Program-made: the position numbers and the translations under genes | Shown here: positions 54,599-64,000 of the stretch, piece after piece | Layout of the letters: each line of letters starts with the position of its first letter | Numbering within the stretch: the first letter of the stretch is position 1 | Notes under the pieces: generated by a model | What the model was told of the DNA's origin: nothing | What the model saw: only the letters and a program-made list of their open reading frames with translations | Database searches by the model: none | Assembly: GCF_009914755.1 (NCBI RefSeq) | Contig: NC_060937.1 | From: the human T2T-CHM13v2.0 reference genome, Homo sapiens | Reading direction: 5' to 3' (one strand) | Length of the DNA stretch: 64,000 bases

Positions 54599-56857
54599 AT
54601 CTCAATACATATTTTTTTTTTTTTTTTTGCTTAATCTAGGTAGATTTCTCTGCTTAGTGATCAACTACAATATGTCCTATGTGGTACATTATAATCATGA
54701 AAGTTCCTGGGCAGTTCAGATATATAAGAGATATGAGGATATCTAAAATAATTTTATGACCATAATAAAATCACATTTGGCTTCTGAAGCAATAACTGTG
54801 GTATGGCAAATAGGTTTAATTCTTATAAACCAGGTATATTTAAAATATAGTTATAACCAATGAATAGAATGTAACTAATATAATTAATTGCATCAGACTT
54901 ATCTCAGTAAGAGGTACAAAGAAAAAGAGGACTTTCACTTCCATGGACTTAGGCTGTAATCCCAGGACCGGATGACTCTTTGAGAATCAGGCATCTTCCA
55001 TACTTTTTCTTTCCCTTTGTCTGAAAATGACTGCTGAGATTCCACTTGACAACCAATATCTTTACTATCACCATGTCAGAAAATGGATCCTTAAGGCTAA
55101 AAGATAAGCCATATTTAAATTCCAGTAACATAATGTATTCAAAGTATTTTCTCTGATGAAAATTCACCTTCAAAAATCTATAGTTTTGTTGTCAAATGTC
55201 TATAAAATGGAATCTGTTAGTAGTCCTCAAGAGTTTTTTCATATTTATCAGCGCACTTGCCTTTCCCTTTGCAAATGACTGTTTAATGCTCAGGACTATG
55301 TCCTAGTTACAGGATTTATTCCAAACACTTATTTAATGAATTTTGAAGTGAACATTTTAATTGTTATTAAAATACTAAAAATATTCTCTCTTTTCTTTTA
55401 AAAAGATTTCTCTTTCAGGCAATTGAACTAAGAAAGTATTTCTAGTACAGAAAGACATGGTTTTGGTGAATATTTTATAGCAGTGTATAAAACAGGATGT
55501 TCCTACTATTTTTACTGCCATATGATTCCAAATGTTTTAGAGCTTAAGTTTTACAAAAGTTTCAAAGAATCAACCATGAAAATTGCATGGTAGGCTTATT
55601 TGCATTGCGTACCAGGGAGAATATTTTTAGCTCAGAGCTATTTTAGACATGACTTGGTAAAAATGAACTCTCTTACTACTCCAAGAGTATGCATACATTT
55701 CTACAATAAATAATGAAGGATGAAAAGGTATGAAAAATATTACTGCAGTTGGAATTAGGTCTTTTCTCCAAGTTCTTTGAAGGGAGGTTAATGTGCAAAA
55801 GGGCATCCCTATTCATGGCAATCTGAATGCTGATAAATAATACATAATGCTAGCGATTATTACCTAATTTCAATATTTATTGAAAACTGTCATTTCAGAG
55901 CAATCAAAGCACATCACGAATTGTGCTGCTATCTACATTTGTGTAAATGTTCCATAAATATTGAGTTTCAGTCATTATCATTAGTATAATTTATTATTAA
56001 CTTCTTGGAGACTTGAATCCACATGGAAAATGATTCAAATCTTAACATTATCTTCTTCTGTATCTATTATATTCTTTATACATATGATATAAATAAAGGA
56101 ATAAGTTATTCAGTGAGGCCAGTAAAGCATATTTTATGGAGAGGGCTATTTCTGAGAAAAACTATAACATCACAAAACTTGTTTTTGATACCATCACATT
56201 TCCACAGTTAGTGTTATTTCTTGGCAACTTTTGCATCAAAGACAAACATACACAACTTCCTTTGGAATTTCAGGACTCTTATGTTGTTCTCATAGTGCTC
56301 ACATTGCACTATAGAGATGCTGGTAGTCAAAATGTGCATTCATTCTCCCAACAGAATTCACCTTTCTAATAAGTGAAAAAACAATATTGCCTGTTCTGTG
56401 CCAGACATTATGACAGGAACAGGGTTATATTACAAAAATGATACTCAAATAAGATATTTGTAAAGTTCTTTGTCCTATAATATTTCATAGTCTAGTGCAA
56501 AAGATGGATATGTAATTAATGCACACTATAATAAAAATAACATAACAAATGACATTTATTTTTCAGGAACCCTTTTAAACACCTTACATGTATTAATCCT
56601 TATAACACTCCTAGTAGGCACTGTCAATATGCCCATTTTATAAATGAAGAAACTACAGTGCAAAGCAATTAAGTGCAAATGGGTTATTGCCAAGGAAGAG
56701 GACATCTAACTTTACCTAAATGATCGAGACTTTGATTAAGGAAGGCTTTATAGAAGCAATACGCCTGAATTAAACTTCCAAAATGATTAGGTTTGCAATG
56801 ATAAGGAAAAAAATAATCAAACAGGGACTGTGTTCGCAATATATGAAGTATAGAAAA

Positions 56858-57550
56858 AATAGCAAGATATCATCTCTACATTATATATATAATTTATATA
56901 TAATATATATATAAATTATATAATATATATTTTATATATAAAAATATATAATGTATATAATAAATATTTATATAATATAATATATTTATATATAAATATA
57001 TAATATATTTATATATAAATATATTATATTATATATAAATATATATTATATTATATATAAATATGATATATATTTATATATAATATGATATATATTTATA
57101 TATAAATATGTATTATATAATTTATATATAAATATGTAATATATAATTTATATATAAAATATAATATATAATTTATATATAAAATATAATATATAATTTA
57201 TATACAATAATATATATAATATATAATATTTTATATATCATTTTATTATATTTATTTTATTTTATTTATTATATTTTATAAATATTAAATATATAATATT
57301 TATATATTTTATTATATATATTTTATATAATATATATATTATATATATATAAAATCAGGGCATGGTGGTACATGCGTATAGAACCAGGTACTCAGAAGGC
57401 TGAGGCAGGAGGCTCACTTGAGCACGGAGGTCAAGGCTGCAGTGAGATAGGATGGTGCCACTGCACTCCCACCTGGGTAAAAGAGTGAAATCCTGCCTCT
57501 AAAAAAATTCTTTTAAAATAAAAATGAAAACAAAACAAAAAACCAAAAAG
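56858..57550 (+). mobile_element. Truncated AluJ split by the AT tract
   Basis: Left-arm end ATAGCAAGATATCATCTCTACA before the tract; right arm AAAATCAGGGCATGGTGG...GAGGTCAAGGCTGCAGTGAG after it. Confidence 0.8.
56881..57350. repeat. ~470-bp nearly pure AT / (TA)n tract
   Basis: Almost only A/T, with ~20-bp internal subrepeats. Confidence 0.97.
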
Positions 57551-57939
57551 TGAAAAAGTCACACAGATGTGAGAATATATGTCAGATTTGGAAAGTACCA
57601 AGTCAGTATTCAGTATGCCTAGAATTTAAGACTGAATGGGAAAAGAAGGAATGAAGCCAGAAAATTATCAGCTTATGAAGGGTTCTGCATGCCTTTCTAA
57701 GAAGAATGATTTTATGCAAGAATTTTTAAGATATTTAGCAAAAGAATGAATCTCCACCCTATCAACTCTCACTCACCAAATATAATTTATTTTTGTCCCT
57801 TTTTTTGCTATGGCTCTCCTTGTCTAATACCATTAAAAATAATTGAATGTAAATGACCATATCTTAATGAAGTTTAAATATCTTTGAAAAATAATACTTT
57901 GGTATATTTGAAGATCACAAAGCCTTTAAGTTTCTAACA

Positions 57940-58177
57940 CAGATGTTTCTAGATTTATAATGTGGTTACTTCCCAACAAATCTGTTGTAAAACAAAAATA
58001 TCCTAAGTTGAAAATGCATTTAATACCCCGAAAAAGCCATTGTAAAAATGAAATGTGGTAAGTTGAACCATTTTAAGTCCAGATGCTCCTCCACTGAGGA
58101 TGGAATTATGTCCTGATAAATCTATCATAAAAGTCAAAAAATCCTAATTCAAACCAGAGTAAGTTGGAGATCATCTG
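57940..58177. mobile_element. MER47/Tigger5-like DNA transposon
   Basis: CAGATG start, AAGTTGAAAATGCATTTAATAC, internal repeat CAGATGCTCCTC, ends GATCATCTG then TA. Confidence 0.75.
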
Positions 58178-58699
58178 TATTGACATTTCAGGTCACTTGG
58201 CAGAGTTGTGAGCTGCTTTTGGGCAGAGAAAACCATCCGCTTACTACAGTGAATAATTCAAATGGTTGGTTACAAGAAAGTTAGGAGAGTAGCAAATTAG
58301 GGGCCTCTGGATTCAATGTCTATGTCTGTCACTCACTTGTTGCAAGTAATTTAGCTTCTCTTAGCTCCTCTAGTCAACCATTTTCTCAACAATGTAATGG
58401 GTAGGAGGAGAGACACTGAGAATCAAGGTTATTTCAAATTCTTTTTCAAATTCTTACTTCTTCATTCTATGATACTAATCTTGACCTATTCAAAAAGCAA
58501 GTTCGAATTGCAGATCTAGATTTCTCTAGAAACATCTTTTACAAAATAGTGTTAACTCTCCAGAAGGGAAACATATTGATGTAAGCAGCTGAAACTTTTG
58601 TATAAGTTCCAAACATTTAACAGGAGATATTTTGTTAAATATAGAAAGCAAAATGACAAAACAGTAATGCTTTTCTCCTTAAAAGGGTCGTATAATTAA

Positions 58700-58865
58700 A
58701 TCTGTAAGAATAGTCTTATGCATATGATTACCTCCATTTCACGTTTAAGGAAGCAGAGTCACATAATTGAAATGACTTTTCAAACATCACATATTTCAGC
58801 AGTGGTGGAGCCAGACGCTAAGCCTCTGTTTTCTCATTCAAAGTCCACTGCTTCCTTTACCATAG
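58700..58865 (-). mobile_element. MIR SINE
   Basis: CCATTTCACGTTTAAGGAAGCAGAG...AAATGACTTTTCAA...AGTGGTGGAGCCAGA. Confidence 0.6.
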
Positions 58866-59415
58866 CAGTTGTTCTTATGTTGACAATTAAGGCTTAGCAT
58901 TATAGACAATTTCACAAGCAATAGGAATATTTTATTTCAAATAGTGCTAGAAAGATAATAGACATAAAATCAAATGTGTTAATCACTTAAACCACAAAAA
59001 GAGAAGCTTGCGTTTCCAGAAGTATGGAAAATGCAAACCTGTCAATGTGCCCCCATTTCTATAGAACATGTGGTTTAGCAGGATTACTGGGAGGGAACAT
59101 ACACAGTGACGACAAAAGGAGCTTGCCCTTGGAATTTTCCTGTTTATTTGAATTTACAACAAAAGTTGATCTTTCATTGGCATTAAGAAGTTATATAGCC
59201 TTCCTGAACCGGCTTTTAAAATAAACATCTAGAGTAAAATTACCAAATTGTGTTCTTTAGATGTTAAAAAATACAGCAAATCCAGTAAAATAGACTTCTT
59301 ATGGTCTTAAATATGCCAATTAATATTTCAGTTTAAGTCTCCAAGAAGGGGTATAAAGGCTATGAGCAATGCAACATTTCCCAAACTTTTTTGACCAATA
59401 AAACTTCCCCTACCA

Positions 59416-59797
<382 letters not shown>

Positions 59798-60729
59798 TTA
59801 TATTTTTCCCCAGTAAAATAGAATAATCTAGAGGGATAGTGAGATAAAATTTAAGTTTTCTCAAGAAGACTTAATATGTTGATACCACCAGGGCATTTTA
59901 ATATAAAAATTTATGTTTGTGCTTCCACTATAGAAACACAAAGAGAGTTTTCAATATTTTAGTCTTTTGCCAATGTATAGTAATCTGAAGTGGCATCTTG
60001 AAATCAAATATGCTTATTTAATAAGACTATAGCATACCTTGGAGGTATGTAATAAAGTGTGGAAAAGTCTGGATGTGTAGAGAAGTTATGGAGGACATAA
60101 CTGGTAAATGTGAAACAGATTGTACAGCGATTTATGAATACTACAAAATACTTCTGGTATCCAAATACTGAATAAAATTAGCAAGGAAGTATTATGTAAC
60201 ATTGTTCTTCCTATTTTACTATAATATATTTTAGGAACCGTGTTTTTACACTACCACAATCTGGATACATCCAATTGCTGATAATATTGGACATATTTAT
60301 ACAAAGGATTACAATATTTTATTGCTCAAATGTCCAACTTTAAAGATGGGCATTTTATGAGAAACATGATGTAAAAGGAAAATGCTGTAACATAGGATTA
60401 TCTCTTGTGAAACTTCATGTATGAAATAATAGAGCTTCAAAATGCGTAAAGCAAGAACTGCATTAACTGTAGAAACAACAAATGGGCAAAGATAGACCCA
60501 AATGATGCTAAAGATTTTCTTAAACCCTCTCTAAGGCCGTGAAAGATAAAATACACAAAATATTCATAAAAATAAGGAAAAAATAAAAAATATTGAATAT
60601 AATACATACATATAAACATATACACTGATGTTTCATTATATTAAAAAGCGACCATTACTTCAAATGTTGTGGGATATTTAAATAAATCAGACAATAAATT
60701 TGAAAATAGAAAAAGAACACATGTAATGC

Positions 60730-60915
60730 TGTTGCGCTTAGAAAATGATACCCAATGCATGGTCATTTGGCTTGCTGAGTACTTTGCCCTGAAGGACTTT
60801 GGAACATCTCTGAAGCAGCCTTAGAACCAAGTTACTCCTTCCTCAAAGATTCTATCAGAGGTTGTCCGCTGTAACTTCTTCTACCTGATCCCCTCACAAC
60901 AAGTATTGCCACCTA
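60730..60915 (+). mobile_element. ERV1 LTR fragment (MER31/MER34-like)
   Basis: TGTTG..CTTAGAAAATGATACCCAA...TTGCTGAGTACTTTG...GAAGCAG. Confidence 0.4.
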
Positions 60916-61471
60916 GAAATCATGCTCTGTGTAGAAGCTAGTGGTATCATAATAAACAGCAATCAACAATCCAGCATTCAGTTCCTTTAGCTCTTCTTTC
61001 CATTCTGAATCTCCTTTTATTCATCAAAACACCCACATTTTACTATAGATTTCTGCTCTACTAGCTATCAATCAGTTTAATCTTTCTCCCTTCTGCTATT
61101 TTCCAGGGTTTTAATTCCTTACATTTGCTTACTTCTTTTTTCACCAGGAAGCTCCTAGTTCCATCTGTAACTAAATTTCTTACCTGAGTCTCTTAACTGC
61201 CACTCTATTCCCTACCTTGTGTAATTCTCACAAAAGATTCATTTCACTTGATATGTATTTATGATTTTTTTCTCTTTGTAGGTGTCAGACATATGTTATT
61301 CACTATTGCATTAATATTAATGATAATGCAAAAATTTTACTGTTATTTCAGGGAAATTTTATAAATTGCAATGACTGGTAGTAACATAACAATGAATATA
61401 ATTACTACACTTTTCAAGAGTTTACAAAATTTATACTCATACTATAGGTGTTACATAATTACAGGATTTTA

Positions 61472-61581
61472 TTCTTTTTTCTTCTTTTTTTATTATACTT
61501 TAAGTTTCAAGGTACATGTGCACAACGTGCAGGTTTGTTACATATGTATACATGTGCCATGTTGGTGTGCTGCACCCGTTA
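61472..61581 (-). mobile_element. Very short L1PA 3' end
   Basis: TTATTATACTTTAAGTTTCAAGGTACATGTGCACAACGTGCAGGTTTGTTAC. Confidence 0.92.
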
Positions 61582-63819
61582 AGACACCACCCTCATTTTT
61601 GGCAATAGCTAAAAGATAGCTAAAAGGAAGTAACACCTAATGCTTCAGTTATGTGCAGCTCTTAAGTACTCTTTCTATGGTAATTGCCATATGAAATTAA
61701 TAAAAACTTGTCATGCAAATGGTGCACCAGTGAAACTAAGAACAGTAGCTAGACTTTGCATCCTTTTCTTCCCCAGTTGATTTTTACTAAGTAACCTATA
61801 AAAAATAAGGGAAATTTTCTTGGATATCTTAAGTACATAGTTATTTGCACAGATGACTCTGTAAGATTTTATTGACATATGTCTTTCAGGCCAAACTAAC
61901 GTAGTATTATTTTCCTACAATTGGTTGTCATAAATAATCTGATCACTGACAATATGACATATTATTACAAGGAAAACTAGAAAAAAGTAGTATTTAGGTT
62001 AATTTGACTTCTGCTCCCCAAATGCTTAACTTCAGTCACTCTTTATGATCTGAGATACTACAGAAGATTACAAAGTATATAGTTAACTCCTCCTAATACT
62101 AATGATGGGCAAAAGGTAAGTAGATACACCTGTGATTAAAAACACAGTAAGATACACCATGGGTAAGGAGATATACCAGTGATTAAAGGACATTTTAATT
62201 CTTTCTTCACTTTTATTCTAAAGATTTTCATAAGAAATGTTTGCTGATTTCAACTCACATATTAATAGACATGTTGCTGACAAGTTGAATAACTTCAAAT
62301 TAGGTTGTAAGAAAATGTTTAAAAAATGTTAAAAAAAAAAAAAAAAAAGCACTGTGACTAAATGAAGTTTAATATTCATGCCCTAATGATTAGATTGACC
62401 ACTAACATGACATAGACATAGAGTGTCATGTGAAATAAAGATGGATCATATTAGGCAATGTGTATGTCCCTATAAAGTATTAATCTCTTATCACATTAAT
62501 AAGAGTCTCACTATCTATTATGGTATTAAGACATTGAAGTAAAACAATTGAAGAATTTATTAAGTTAACTTTCTATATTGACTCACATGTTCAGTAACCA
62601 AAAATAAATTTAGTCACATCTATATTAAAAAGTAGTTTGCTAAATCACAACTGTCACTTTATAATAGCAAATGCAAAAGTAATTGCAGAATAATGAGCGT
62701 TAATTTTCTCAAAGCTAAATTACTCACTTTGTGTTTAAAATAATAAAGAAAATACTTAAGGGGCTTCTTTTCAAACAATTGTGTTTTACCATATCAATAA
62801 ACACATTATCATTTATGCATGGAGATAATTTTCTGAGAAATAAGAGTCAAGATTAGTTCTAACAAATTAATAATCACTAATGTGTTTATTTTTAAAATGG
62901 CATATTTAATTTTTATGTCACATTGCATTTCTTCATAGCCTTGATAACTTCATTTTTATTATGAAAGGCTTCATATTGCATGCACTGAAATGCATTTATT
63001 ATTTAAAATAGAAGAGCAAATTTTAAAGTAACATTTGTTGTATAAGCAATTTTATGAAGTAACTCGCCAATTATTCTTAGGTTAACACACTCTTTGCAAA
63101 GATCGCATATACGTCTTTAAAATCAACTAATTTAATCAAATCCATTTAAATTCAAGTAACATGCATTTTCTAAACACTGAAGAGTACAAAGATGATAAGA
63201 TTTTTCTCTTAAATAATTTCAGTTTGATAGTACAGATTAACCATATTTATAAAATTCTAAAATGAAAGATAAAATAATTGCTATTAATGATAAAAAATGA
63301 TTGTGAAACATCCAGATGAGATGTAGGAGAGATTCTAGACAAATAGCTGATTGATCTTTCATTTGAAGTATGACCAGGGTTGGTTGGTAGTCAGGAAAGT
63401 ATATTTAAAACAAAGAAAAACAACAAGAATTTTTTTTATTTCTAGGAAAAGCAAAAGTTATACCAAAGTGAAAAGGAAATAATATACTAACTGAAACAAA
63501 CAATATTTGCTAGTTAAGATTATGCTAAAACTGATTTATTGAATCACTTGAATACTGTTTAACCATATCACTAATCTACAATCAGAGGACAGTATATAAT
63601 GCTAAAATAAATAAGTCAAGATGTCACAACAATCACTTTTCTTTAGAAAGACGGTTATAAAGATCAGAAAAATAGCTATCAGAGTTAGTATTATTATCCT
63701 CGGGAGCATAATGGTTTAGAGGATGAACAATGATCACTTTTTATTATTAATCTTCCATACCACTTAATCTTTTTAATTTTTTAAATGCATGTATACTTTT
63801 ATTAAAATTTTACATAACA

Positions 63820-64000
63820 GAGAATAATTGAAGAAATAAGTGGCAGAAAGAAAAAGATTACACAACTAGAAACTCAAGAAAAAACTTTCAGAAAAATATC
63901 TAATACAAAGAAAAGAATAAAGAAAATTAAAGAGGCAAAAAACAAAATATTTAGAGGATCAATCCAGGTTGTTCATCATTTGATAAGGGGAGTTCCACAA
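63820..64000 (+). mobile_element. Old L1M ORF1-region remnant
   Basis: A-rich; GAGGATCAATCCAGG...ATAAGGGGAGTTCCA resembles the ORF1 EDRSRRxNIxxIGVPE segment. Confidence 0.4.

Overview
AT-rich primate (almost certainly human, given an AluYb8/Yb9-type copy) genomic DNA. I found no supportable protein-coding gene, RNA gene or CpG island; the listed ORFs are chance ORFs or lie in repeats. The window is mostly interspersed repeats: Alus, L1 3' ends, L2/MIR, a full-length THE1 MaLR provirus, solo LTRs, Tigger DNA transposons and microsatellites. Repeat subfamily names were recognised by eye, and boundaries without a TSD/TIR are approximate. The most unusual feature is a cluster at ~32.0-37.4 kb of three short, locally templated copy-insertions of different apparent ages. 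The first is a 318-bp copy interrupting an L1. The second is a four-junction template-switch rearrangement carrying a 169-bp inverted copy. The third is a 168-bp perfect direct copy. Nearly all L1 3' ends are on the minus strand, hinting that the window lies in an intron of a + strand transcript. I see no evidence for a new gene system; the best lead is mutational (repair/replication template switching).
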